Below the pieces are notes generated by a model. It saw nothing but the letters and a program-made list of their open reading frames with translations. It was not told where the DNA came from and ran no database searches. From the NCBI GenBank assembly GCA_963836205.1, contig CAWIIV010000001.1, positions 1 to 54,121 of the forward strand: a DNA stretch of 54,121 nt. The letters are read 5' to 3'. Position numbers and translations under genes: made by a program. This stretch comes from an uncultured Acidimicrobiia bacterium (GTDB lineage Bacteria > Actinomycetota > Acidimicrobiia > Acidimicrobiales > AC-14). The first letter of the stretch is position 1; each line of letters starts with the position of its first letter. Below, piece after piece: positions 29,258 through 38,173 of the stretch.

Positions 29258-30186
29258 CCGCGCAGGCTCCATTCGAGGGCGGCGGCCTGACGGAAGAACC
29301 GGCGGGCCACCGCGTCGCCCGCCTCGTGGCACGCCGTCTGGAGCGAGCGCAGGCGGGTGGGCAGGTCGGCCAGCAGCTCCTGGAGCCGTCGGAACTCGAG
29401 GTCGGTGCGGGCCCGGCCCACGATCCGCCGGGCCTCGTCGTCGAGCCCGGCCCGTCCCGCGTGGGGCTGGAGCTCGGCCAGGCAGGTCTCGGCGACGCCC
29501 AGGGAGTGGATGGCGGAGCGGGGGAAGAGGCGGTCGAGGAGCAGGAACTCGGTGACCAGGTCGGCCGTCACCGCCCGCCGGTAGGTGCGCAGGAACGCCT
29601 CGTGGGCCGAGCAGCAGCGCAGGGTCGCCACCCAGTCCCCGGGCTCGTCGGCGTCGTGGAGGCCGGCCGAGAGCATGCGGGCGGTCATGTCCACCCGCTC
29701 CAGGCTGCGGCCCAGGACGAGGAACCGCCACCCGTCGTCGCGGCTCATGGTGGAGTCGGCCAGGCCCGAGAGGATGGCGGCCCGCTCCTTCACGTAGGAG
29801 AACATGGCGTGGGGGCCGATGGCGGTGGCCTGGGCGATCATCGCCGGCAGGGCGTTGTGGGTGGCGTTGAGGCACTCCCACATCTCCGAGGAGATCGCGT
29901 CCCGGGCGCCGCGGGCGTTCTCCCGGGCTGCGCTGAGGGCACCCGCGATCGACGTGGTGTCGGGGTTGGCGAAGGCGAGGGTCTCGAGCATGCCGTCGGC
30001 GTCGCACGGCGAATCGTCCGGCCGCACGCCCATGACGCCGAGGAGGGCCCGGCAGGCGGCCTCCTCCTCCACCGACGGGTCCTCCAGCCGGCGGTGGACG
30101 TGGACGTCGAGGATGCGGGCGGTGTCCTCCGCCCGCTCCACGTAACGACCCATCCAGTAGAGCGACTCCGCGATCCGGCTCAGCAC
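29254..30186 (-). CDS. Alpha-E domain protein (Rv2410c-like)
   Basis: MLSRIAESLYWMGRYVERAEDTAR, ARENAR, SSEMWECLN, LGRSLERVDMTAR, FPRS. Confidence 0.93.
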   Translation of the reverse strand: MLSRIAESLYWMGRYVERAEDTARILDVHVHRRLEDPSVEEEAACRALLGVMGVRPDDSPCDADGMLETLAFANPDTTSIAGALSAARENARGARDAISSEMWECLNATHNALPAMIAQATAIGPHAMFSYVKERAAILSGLADSTMSRDDGWRFLVLGRSLERVDMTARMLSAGLHDADEPGDWVATLRCCSAHEAFLRTYRRAVTADLVTEFLLLDRLFPRSAIHSLGVAETCLAELQPHAGRAGLDDEARRIVGRARTDLEFRRLQELLADLPTRLRSLQTACHEAGDAVARRFFRQAAALEWSLRG

Positions 30187-31748
30187 GGCTGGCCGCCCTG
30201 TTGCTGCTGCTGGGCGGCCTGGGGGACGGACGGACCGGGGTCGAGCGGGTTGCCCGGGACCTGGGGCTCCAGCGCCGCCGTCGGCATGCGCCGGGGCCGG
30301 CTGGCGCGGGGCCCGCCCGGCTCGGCCAGCACCCACGTGTCCTTCGACCCGCCACCCTGGCTGGAGTTGACGACCAGGCTTCCCTCGGGGAGTGCTACCC
30401 GGGTAAGACCGCCGGGCACTACCCACACCCGCTCCCCGTCGTTGACCGCGAACGGCCGCAGGTCGACGTGGCGGGGCCGGAGGTGTGATCCGACGTGGGT
30501 GGGCGACGTCGACAGTTGCACCACCTCCTGGGCGATCCATCCCCGGGGGTTGTCCAGCACCTCCCGGCGAAGCTCGTCGAGCTCGGGGCCGGTGGCGGCG
30601 GGCCCGATGACCAGGCCGTAGCCGCCCGACCCGTCCACCGGCTTGAGCACCAGCTCGTCGAGGCGGGGCAGGGTGGCGGCGAGCTGGGCCGGCTCCTCCA
30701 GGCGGTAGGTCGCCACGTTCGGGAGCAGCGCCTCCTCGTCGAGGTAGTACCGGATCATGTCGGGGACGTAGGTGTAGACGAGCTTGTCGTCGGCCACGCC
30801 GTTGCCCACCGCGTTGGCGATGGTGACGTTGCCGGCCCGGGCCGCGTTGAGGATGCCGGGGCAGCCCAGCATCGACTCCGCCCGGAAGTGGAGGGGATCG
30901 AGGAAGTCGTCGTCGACCCGCCGGTAGACGACGTCGACCCGGTGCTCGCCCTCGGTGCTGCGCATGTAGACGTAGTTCTTGCGGCACACCAGGTCGCGGC
31001 CCTCCACCAGCTCCACGCCCATCTGGCGGGCGAGGAAGGCGTGCTCGAAGTAGGCCGAGTTGTGGACGCCGGGCGTGAGCACGACCACCGTGGGGTCGCC
31101 CGCGCCCGTGGGGGTGGCCGCCCGCAGCGCTTCGAGGAGGCGGGCCGGGTAGCTGTCGACCGGCCGCACCCGGTGGCTGGTGAACAGCTCGGGGAAGACC
31201 CGGGCCATGGTGCGCCGGTTCTCGACCACGTAGGAGATGCCCGACGGCGTGCGCAGGTTGTCCTCCAGCACCCGGAAGATCCCGTCGGCGCCCCGCACCA
31301 GGTCGACGCCGGAGACGTGCACCCGCACGCCGTTGGGCGGGTCGACCCCCATCGCCGCCCGGTGGTAGTGGGTCGACGTGGTGACGAGCTTCCGGGGGAC
31401 GAGCCCGTCCTCCAGGATGCGGCCCGGCCCGTAGACGTCGGTGAGGAACGCCTCCAGCGCCCGGACCCTCTGGGAGACGCCCGCCTCGATGGCCGGCCAC
31501 TCGGCCGCCGACAGGATGCGGGGGACGAGGTCGAGGGGGAAGGGCCGCTCCTCCCCCGACAGGGAGAAGGTGATGCCCTGATCGCGGAACGACATGTCAC
31601 GGGCCGCGCAGCGGGAGGCGAAGTCGGACGCCGACAGGGACTGGAGGGCCTCGTGGAGGGCGGCGTAGGCGACCCGGGGGCGTCCGGAGGCGTCGAACAT
31701 CTCGTCCCAGCCGTTGCCGGACGGGTAGTCGTCGAGAAAATCCCCCAT
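30180..31748 (-). CDS. Circularly permuted type 2 ATP-grasp protein (Rv2411c-like)
   Basis: WDEMF, QGITF, VLEDNLRTPSGISY, NSAYFEHAFLA, YRRVDDDFLDP, GNGVADDK, GGLTRVAL, VVNSSQGGGSKDTWV. Confidence 0.95.
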   Translation of the reverse strand: MGDFLDDYPSGNGWDEMFDASGRPRVAYAALHEALQSLSASDFASRCAARDMSFRDQGITFSLSGEERPFPLDLVPRILSAAEWPAIEAGVSQRVRALEAFLTDVYGPGRILEDGLVPRKLVTTSTHYHRAAMGVDPPNGVRVHVSGVDLVRGADGIFRVLEDNLRTPSGISYVVENRRTMARVFPELFTSHRVRPVDSYPARLLEALRAATPTGAGDPTVVVLTPGVHNSAYFEHAFLARQMGVELVEGRDLVCRKNYVYMRSTEGEHRVDVVYRRVDDDFLDPLHFRAESMLGCPGILNAARAGNVTIANAVGNGVADDKLVYTYVPDMIRYYLDEEALLPNVATYRLEEPAQLAATLPRLDELVLKPVDGSGGYGLVIGPAATGPELDELRREVLDNPRGWIAQEVVQLSTSPTHVGSHLRPRHVDLRPFAVNDGERVWVVPGGLTRVALPEGSLVVNSSQGGGSKDTWVLAEPGGPRASRPRRMPTAALEPQVPGNPLDPGPSVPQAAQQQQQGGQPC

Positions 31749-31755
31749 TTGGCGG

Positions 31756-31809
31756 ATCGTCGCACCCCCTCGTTACGTCGGTGTTTCCACGATCCAACGG
31801 TCGTGTAAC
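31756..31809 (-). promoter_or_regulatory. Putative GlnR box array plus -10 of a leaderless promoter
   Basis: Minus strand: GTTAC-n6-GTTGG-n6-GAAAC-n6-GTAAC-n10-GACGAT-n7-ATG. Matches the GTnAC/GAAAC 11-bp periodic GlnR consensus. Confidence 0.6.
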
Positions 31810-31825
31810 GCCCCCGACGCCGCGA

Positions 31826-32215
31826 TCACGAACGGGCGGCGCTGTCCTCCCACTCGATGCGAGGAGCGTCGGACCACAACCGCTCGAGGTCGTAGTAGTG
31901 GCGGGTCTCGTCGAGGAAGGCGTGCACCACGAAGTCGCCGAAGTCGAGGAGCACCCACTCGGCCTGCTCCTTGCCCTCGATCCGAAGGGGACGGATGCCT
32001 GCGGTGGCCTTGAGCTGGGCCTCGACCTCCTCGGCGATGGTGGCGACCTGGCGATGGTTGCGGCCGCTGGTGATGACGAACGACTCGGTGATGGCGAGCA
32101 CCTTGCCCACTTCGAGGATGACCGTGTCGTCGCCCCCCTTGGAGGCTGCCGCCCTCGCTGCCACCCTCGCCCAGTCGCGAACCTGGTCGAGACCGCTGTC
32201 GCCGGTGCTCGTCAC
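31826..32215 (-). CDS. rsfS: Ribosome silencing factor
   Basis: FVITSG.NHRQV..IAEEV, WVLLDFGDFVVH, YYDLERLW; directly follows nadD. Confidence 0.95.
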   Translation of the reverse strand: MTSTGDSGLDQVRDWARVAARAAASKGGDDTVILEVGKVLAITESFVITSGRNHRQVATIAEEVEAQLKATAGIRPLRIEGKEQAEWVLLDFGDFVVHAFLDETRHYYDLERLWSDAPRIEWEDSAARS

Positions 32216-32829
32216 CGGCCTCCGGAGCCCGTCGTCATCGTGTCTCCAGCGTACAGACCGCGCTGGCGTATGAGGTTGATTACCGGATCGGGGACCAGGA
32301 AGTCGAGCGGCCGACCCTGGCGGTGGCGCTCCCGGAGGTCGGAGCTGGATATCTCGAGAAGGGGCATGTCGACCCGTTCCACCCGCCACTGGGGGCCAGG
32401 GGGGGCGCCGGGGTGCGGCACTCCCCCGCGACCGACGACGGCCAAGGTGGCCAGGCGGGCGACGGTGTCGGGACGCTTCCACGTCTCGAGCTCGGCGGCC
32501 ACGTCGGTGCCGACGATGAGGAAGAGCTGGCGGTCTGGGTCGTCGTGATGGAGCTGCTCGAGGGTGTCGGCGGTGTAGGTGTCGCCGCCCCGGTCGATCT
32601 CGATGCGGCTGGCCTCCAGGCCGTCGCGCCCGGCGACGGCGGCCTCCACCATGGCCAGGCGGTCCTCGGCGGGGGTGAGCGCCCGGCCGCTCTTCTGCCA
32701 CGGGTGGTTGGCGACGACGAGCAGGACCCGGTCGAGGCGGAGGGCGCGGCGGGCGTTGACGGCCGCGGCCAGATGGCCGATGTGGACGGGGTCGAACGTC
32801 CCCCCCAGGACACCGAGGCGCTCTGCCAT
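32212..32829 (-). CDS. nadD: Nicotinate-nucleotide adenylyltransferase
   Basis: GVLGGTFDPVHIGH, PWQK, TYTADTL, ISSSDLR. Confidence 0.96.
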   Translation of the reverse strand: MAERLGVLGGTFDPVHIGHLAAAVNARRALRLDRVLLVVANHPWQKSGRALTPAEDRLAMVEAAVAGRDGLEASRIEIDRGGDTYTADTLEQLHHDDPDRQLFLIVGTDVAAELETWKRPDTVARLATLAVVGRGGVPHPGAPPGPQWRVERVDMPLLEISSSDLRERHRQGRPLDFLVPDPVINLIRQRGLYAGDTMTTGSGGR

Positions 32830-32880
32830 GGACAATCGATCGTACGAGCCCGGCAATGCCCCTAACCTGTAGTCGCAGTC

Positions 32881-34224
32881 ATGGACAGTCCCTGGACCCC
32901 GAGCAGCTGGCGTACCCGACCCGCCGCGCAACAGCCCCACTGGCCGAGCGAGGGCGCGCTCGACGACGTCCTCAAGCGGCTGAGCGGGCTGCCGCCCCTC
33001 GTGTTCGCGGGCGAGGTGCGGCACCTCACGGCGTCGCTGGCCGAGGTGGCCGAGGGCAAGGCCTTCCTGCTCCAGGCGGGCGACTGCGCCGAGTCCTTCG
33101 ACTGGTTCTCCGCCGACACCATCCGCGACAAGCTCAAGGTCATCCTCCAGATGGCGGTGGTGCTCACCTACGGGTCGGGCGTGCCGGTGGTGAAGATGGG
33201 GCGGATCGCGGGGCAGTTCGCCAAGCCCCGGTCGGCGGCGACGGAGTGGGTCGACGGGGTGGAGCTGCCCGTGTTCAGGGGCCACATGGTCAACGACCTG
33301 GCACCGACGGCTGCGGCCCGGGTTCCCGACCCGGATCGGCTGCTGGCCGCCTACCACCAGTCGGCGTCCACCATGAACCTGCTGCGGGCGTTCACCAAGG
33401 GGGGCTTTGCCGACCTGACCCAGGTGCACGTCTGGAACCAGGAGTTCGTGGCCTCTTCGGCCGAGGGCCGGCGGTACGAGCGGATCGCGTCGGGCATCGA
33501 CCAGGCATTGCGATTCATGGCCGCCTGCGGGATCAAGCTGGCCACCGAGCGGGGCATCCACGAGGTCGACTTCTGGACCAGCCACGAGGCCTTGATCCTC
33601 GGCTACGAAGAGGCGCTCACCCGTCGCGACTCGTTGACGGGCGATTGGTACGACTGCTCGGCCCACCTGCTCTGGGTCGGCGACCGCACTCGCCAGCTCG
33701 ACGGTGCCCACCTCGAGTTCCTGGCCGGGGTCGGCAACCCGCTGGGCGTGAAGATCGGGCCGTCGGTGTCGGCCGACGAGGTGGTCTCGTTGTGCGAGCG
33801 GTTGAACCCGGGCCGGGTGCCGGGGCGGCTGTCGCTCATCACCCGCCTGGGCGCGTCCCGGATCGAGGAGCTGCTGCCGCCGATGGTGCGGGCGGTGCGC
33901 GATGCGGGGAACACGGTGCTGTGGGTGTGCGACCCGATGCACGGCAACACGTACCAGACGGCCGGCGGTGTGAAGACCCGTCACTTCGACGCAATCATCT
34001 CCGAGCTCACGTCGTTCTTTTCCGTCCACCGGGAGTTGGACTCCTGGCCCGGCGGCGTGCACGTCGAGCTCACCGGCGAGAACGTCACCGAGTGCCTCGG
34101 GGGGGCCGAGGAGGTGCTCGACACCGAGCTCGACCGCAACTACATGTCGATGTGCGACCCCAGGCTCAACGCCCGCCAAAGCCTCGATCTCGCTTTCCGC
34201 GTCGCGGAGCTGCTCCGAGGGTAG
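32881..34224 (+). CDS. aroG: Class II DAHP synthase
   Basis: PPLVFAGE, LLQAGDCAESF, GRIAGQFAKPRS, TSHEAL, WVGDRTRQ, CDPMHGNT, CDPRLN. Confidence 0.95.
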   Translation: MDSPWTPSSWRTRPAAQQPHWPSEGALDDVLKRLSGLPPLVFAGEVRHLTASLAEVAEGKAFLLQAGDCAESFDWFSADTIRDKLKVILQMAVVLTYGSGVPVVKMGRIAGQFAKPRSAATEWVDGVELPVFRGHMVNDLAPTAAARVPDPDRLLAAYHQSASTMNLLRAFTKGGFADLTQVHVWNQEFVASSAEGRRYERIASGIDQALRFMAACGIKLATERGIHEVDFWTSHEALILGYEEALTRRDSLTGDWYDCSAHLLWVGDRTRQLDGAHLEFLAGVGNPLGVKIGPSVSADEVVSLCERLNPGRVPGRLSLITRLGASRIEELLPPMVRAVRDAGNTVLWVCDPMHGNTYQTAGGVKTRHFDAIISELTSFFSVHRELDSWPGGVHVELTGENVTECLGGAEEVLDTELDRNYMSMCDPRLNARQSLDLAFRVAELLRG

Positions 34225-34267
34225 AGCCCCTTGCGAGGGGTTGAAAGGCCATGATATACCGTCCGCT

Positions 34268-34867
34268 GTGAGGCGCCTGGCCGTCGTCGGGATGCTGGTG
34301 GTGGGCTTGGTCGTGGGAGCCGCATGCGGTGGCGGCGACGACGAGCCCCTGGGTCCGACCGCCACCGTGCCGCAGGCAACGACGACCACCAACCCCTACG
34401 CGGTCCCCGCCGTGATCGACGAGGCCTACGTCAACCGGGTACTCGCGGGGTTGGACCAAGTGTTCGGTGACGCTGTTCGCATAGTGGTTGCATCGAGGAC
34501 ATTCCCGACCGATGCCGCTCGAAGAGTGGAGGCGGTGTACGCCGGTAACGTCCGACTGGCCGTCCTGGGCAGCATCTCCGATGCCGCGAACAGCCGGCTC
34601 GACAACTTCGAGCAACCTCCTTCAAACCAACGCACAACCGCATCGGACCTACTTATGGCCACCCCGACGTGCATCTTCACGGAGATCTCCCGTGACTATT
34701 CGGGAGTCACGACAGATGACGACCCCCCGGTGACGCAGTGGGCAGTTCTCCGACGGGCTGAGAATTTCGACACTCCCGGCGGGCATAATCCAACCGGCTG
34801 GGTCTACGTGTTCGACGGGGTCGACCAGGACGGTTCAGCGCCGGAGGACCCGTGCGCAGAGTCCTGA
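34268..34867 (+). CDS. Hypothetical lipoprotein
   Basis: Signal peptide with lipobox GAAC-GGGDD and a Thr-rich linker. TACCGT lies 5 nt before the GTG start. Confidence 0.75.
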   Translation: MRRLAVVGMLVVGLVVGAACGGGDDEPLGPTATVPQATTTTNPYAVPAVIDEAYVNRVLAGLDQVFGDAVRIVVASRTFPTDAARRVEAVYAGNVRLAVLGSISDAANSRLDNFEQPPSNQRTTASDLLMATPTCIFTEISRDYSGVTTDDDPPVTQWAVLRRAENFDTPGGHNPTGWVYVFDGVDQDGSAPEDPCAES

Positions 34868-35640
34868 GATTGGCCGCCGGACTCGTCATGACGGCAGTTG
34901 AGCTGACGCTCGTGACTGCGACGGTCGCCTCTGCACAGGTGTCCCCCACCACCCTCGTCTGCGTCCGCGGGCCCGACGGGAAGATCCTCTACTGCATCGG
35001 AGAAGGGACCGCTGGAACACCCGGTAGCTCTCAATTGGAGGGTGGGAGGGAAGGTGGCGAGTCCTCCTCGGACCCTGGTGGCAGGATAACCTACGTCCCC
35101 CTTGACGAGGACGCCCCGGACTACTTCCGGCCGGGCTACTGCATCACCCACGACGGCATCGACCTGCTTTGTGCGGTTGAGATGGGCCCAGAAGGACCAG
35201 TACCGGCCACAACCCCGTCGTCCTATGCCCGTCGGTTCTGGCAGGGCATTCCCCTTCCCGATCCCCAGCCGCAGATCGCTCCGGGAAGGGCGATAACCGG
35301 CATGTACGCCTACCTTGAAACACGCGGAACGACGACCCACACCCACAACGAGCCTGACACGCCGTTCGGGCCGCTGACCATCGTGGCGACCGGCAAGTAC
35401 TACGTGGACTGGGGCGACGGGACCCGAACCGGGCCTCACTCGGCCGAGGGCGAGCCGTGGCCTGACGGAAGGATCAAGCACGAGTACATCCACGTCGGCT
35501 CGTATGACGTGGTCGTCACCGAACGGTGGACGGCGACGTGGAGCTTCGGCGACCAATCGGGCACGCTCGACGAGTTGCGCACGGAGGGGCGCATCGAGGA
35601 CTTCCCGGTCCAGCAGATCCAGGCGATCGTGTTCCAGTAG
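34852..35640 (+). CDS. Secreted protein with PKD-like C-terminal domain
   Basis: Signal peptide ending ASA-Q, Cys pairs, PLPDPQPQIAPG.AITG..AYL, YVDWGDG, HEY...G.YDV.VTERWTATW. Confidence 0.75.
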   Translation: MRRVLRLAAGLVMTAVELTLVTATVASAQVSPTTLVCVRGPDGKILYCIGEGTAGTPGSSQLEGGREGGESSSDPGGRITYVPLDEDAPDYFRPGYCITHDGIDLLCAVEMGPEGPVPATTPSSYARRFWQGIPLPDPQPQIAPGRAITGMYAYLETRGTTTHTHNEPDTPFGPLTIVATGKYYVDWGDGTRTGPHSAEGEPWPDGRIKHEYIHVGSYDVVVTERWTATWSFGDQSGTLDELRTEGRIEDFPVQQIQAIVFQ

Positions 35641-35645
35641 AAGCT

Positions 35646-35696
35646 CTGTGGCATGAAAAGGGGCGCCACACGCCCCTTTTCCGACCCACAAACGGT
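35646..35696. repeat. Dispersed palindromic repeat, copy 1
   Basis: GAAAAGGGGCG..CGCCCCTTTTC hairpin. Its reverse complement shares TGGGTCGGAAAAGGGGCG with the copy at 48012. Confidence 0.7.
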
Positions 35697-35816
35697 CCCC
35701 ACCGGCTCTTCGAGTCATTCGCCATTGGGGTCGACGACCCCCGACGCGACAACGAGGACAAAGGCGTAAACGTGCGCTCCCGACTCGCTCACGAGCGGCG
35801 CGGATACGATTTGCCG

Positions 35817-38150
35817 ATGGCGACCGGGGGGTGGCAGGGACTGGGCGGTCGGGGTCGGTCGTCCGATGACACTGCCGGCCTGCCCTCGGCCGCCGGCCCG
35901 GACGGCGTCGGCCCCTCCACAACCCCGGACGGGCCCGGCGGCGGGCCCTCCGAATCCGCGACCGACAACCCCGCCGCCCCCGACCCCCTCCCCCCCTCGG
36001 CAGTGGCGCCCCCGCCCGCCCCGGCGCCGGCGCCGCGAGTTGAGCCCTTCCGGCTGATCGAGGAGGCGAGCGCGGCGGCGGAACGGATCAGGCAGGACGC
36101 GGAGCGGGAGGCGGCGCGGATCCTGGCCGCGGCCCGGGTGGCCCAGGAGGAGGAGTCGGCGCGCACCCGGCGGCAGGTCGAACGGGAGGCGGCCGCCTTC
36201 CGGGCCGACGCCATGTCCGCCGCGTCCAAGCTCACCTCGACCGCCAAGGCCGAGGCCGACCGCCTGCGGCTCCGGGCCCAGGCCGACGCCGACAACATCC
36301 TGGAGGAGGCGTGGGCCGGCTTCCAGACCCACTCCGAGTCCCTCCGGGCCGACGCCGAGGCCATGCAGGCCCAGGCCGACGCCGATGCCCGGGCCGAGGC
36401 CGAACGGTTGGTCGCAGCGGCCGCGGCCGAGGCCGAGCGGCTGCGGGCAGAGGCCCACTCGGACGCGGCCACGATCCTCGACGAGGCGTGGGCCACCTTC
36501 GAGGAGCGGTCGGAGGCGATCCTGGCCGACGCCGAGGCCGACCGGGCCCAGCTTCACGCCGACGCCCTCAAGCGGGCGACCGCCGACCGTGAGCGCCTGC
36601 TGGCCGACGCCGGCGCCGAGGCGGCCAGGGAGTCGGCCCGCTTGATCGACGGGGCCAAAGGCACCGCCACCGCGCTCGTCGCGTCCGCCAGTAAGAAGGC
36701 CCACGACGACGCCACCGCCCTCGTGGCCGCCGCCACGGCCGAGGCCAAGCACCTGGTCGACAGTGCCGCAGCCGAGGCCGACGCGACCAGGAAGCGGATG
36801 GTCGACGACGCCCGGGCCGCGTCCGAGCAGGAGGCGGCCGAGCTGGTCGAGTCGGCCCGGGCCGGCTCGACCCGCACCCTCACCGAGGCGATCGCGGAGG
36901 CGAGCGAGCTGGTCGAGGAAGCCCGGCGCAAGGCGGCCGACCTCGAGCGGGAGGGCGTGGCCGCGGCCGAGGCCGAGGCTGCCTCCCACCGGGAGGAGGC
37001 CAACGAGAAGGCCCGCGAAGCCTTCGAGCGGATGTGGGCGGAGGCGTCCCACCTCCTCGACGAGGCCCACATCGAGGCGGAACGGATCGCCCGGCACGCG
37101 GCCGCCGAGTCCACCCGGTTGCTCGATGAAGCTCGGCAGGAGGCGGGGGCCGAGGCGCAGCGGGTGCGGGATCAGGTGGAGGAGGAGGCGAGGCGGGCGG
37201 TCGCCCAGGCCCAGGCCACCGCCACCATGGTGCAGTCCGACGCCAGCGCCCGGGCCCGGGCCATCCAGGACGCGGCCCGAGACGAGGCGGACAAGGTCGC
37301 GGAGCAGCTCCGCCGCGACGCCCAGGCCGACGCCGACCGGCTCCGGCGCGACGCCGAGGCGGAGCTGGCGCGGCTGCGTGCGGAGGCGGAAGCCCAGGTC
37401 AGGCACCTGCTGGAGGAGGCGCAGATCGAGTCCGACCATCTCGTCGCCGAGGCCGCCGCCCACGCCCGCCAGACCACCCACGACGCCACCGGTGCGGCCG
37501 ACCGTCTCCTCTCCGAGATGCGGATGGCGGGAGAGCAGGAGCGGGCCCGCCTCCTGGCCGAGGCCGACCAGGACACCGCCCGCCGGCGTACCGAGGCCGA
37601 GGTCCAGGCCCGCGAGATGGTGGCGCAAGCGGCGGCCATGGCCGACACCGGAGTCAAACGGGCCCGTTCGAAGGCGGAGCAGGAAGTGGCCCACATCCTC
37701 ACCGACGCAGCCGCAGCCGCCACCGCCACCACCCGCCAGGCCCATGCCGATCGGGCCCGCATCCTGGAGGAGGCCGAGCACCTCGCCGAACAGCACGTCG
37801 TGCGCGAGCGGCAGCGGGTGACGGCCGAGGTCGAGCTCCTCCGGGCGGAGGCGTCGGAGGAGGCGGCCCGCACCATCCGGGAAGCGGCCACCACCGCCGA
37901 CCGGATGCTGGCCAAGGCCCAGCACGACTCGGAGGTGATGCTGGAGCAGTGCCGCACCGAGATGGCGGCCCTGTGGGACGACGTCCGCCACCGCCGGCAG
38001 CAGTCGGAGGAGGCCGCCCGCCGAGCCGTGAGCGACGTCCGCACCAGCACACCGGCCGCCGCCTCCCGGTCGAGCGACCCGTCCCACGACGTGGCCGCCC
38101 GCCTGATCGACGAGGCCTTCGGCGACACCAGGGGCCGGCGCGACCCCTGA
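35817..38150 (+). CDS. Long Ala/Glu/Arg-rich coiled-coil protein (Scy/FilP/DivIVA-like)
   Basis: Pro-rich N-terminus, then about 680 aa of AxxEAxxL/I repeats with roughly 11-residue periodicity. TACGAT lies 6 nt before the ATG. Confidence 0.8.
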   Translation: MATGGWQGLGGRGRSSDDTAGLPSAAGPDGVGPSTTPDGPGGGPSESATDNPAAPDPLPPSAVAPPPAPAPAPRVEPFRLIEEASAAAERIRQDAEREAARILAAARVAQEEESARTRRQVEREAAAFRADAMSAASKLTSTAKAEADRLRLRAQADADNILEEAWAGFQTHSESLRADAEAMQAQADADARAEAERLVAAAAAEAERLRAEAHSDAATILDEAWATFEERSEAILADAEADRAQLHADALKRATADRERLLADAGAEAARESARLIDGAKGTATALVASASKKAHDDATALVAAATAEAKHLVDSAAAEADATRKRMVDDARAASEQEAAELVESARAGSTRTLTEAIAEASELVEEARRKAADLEREGVAAAEAEAASHREEANEKAREAFERMWAEASHLLDEAHIEAERIARHAAAESTRLLDEARQEAGAEAQRVRDQVEEEARRAVAQAQATATMVQSDASARARAIQDAARDEADKVAEQLRRDAQADADRLRRDAEAELARLRAEAEAQVRHLLEEAQIESDHLVAEAAAHARQTTHDATGAADRLLSEMRMAGEQERARLLAEADQDTARRRTEAEVQAREMVAQAAAMADTGVKRARSKAEQEVAHILTDAAAAATATTRQAHADRARILEEAEHLAEQHVVRERQRVTAEVELLRAEASEEAARTIREAATTADRMLAKAQHDSEVMLEQCRTEMAALWDDVRHRRQQSEEAARRAVSDVRTSTPAAASRSSDPSHDVAARLIDEAFGDTRGRRDP

Positions 38151-38173
38151 GCCTGAGTGCCTGAGCGCCTACG

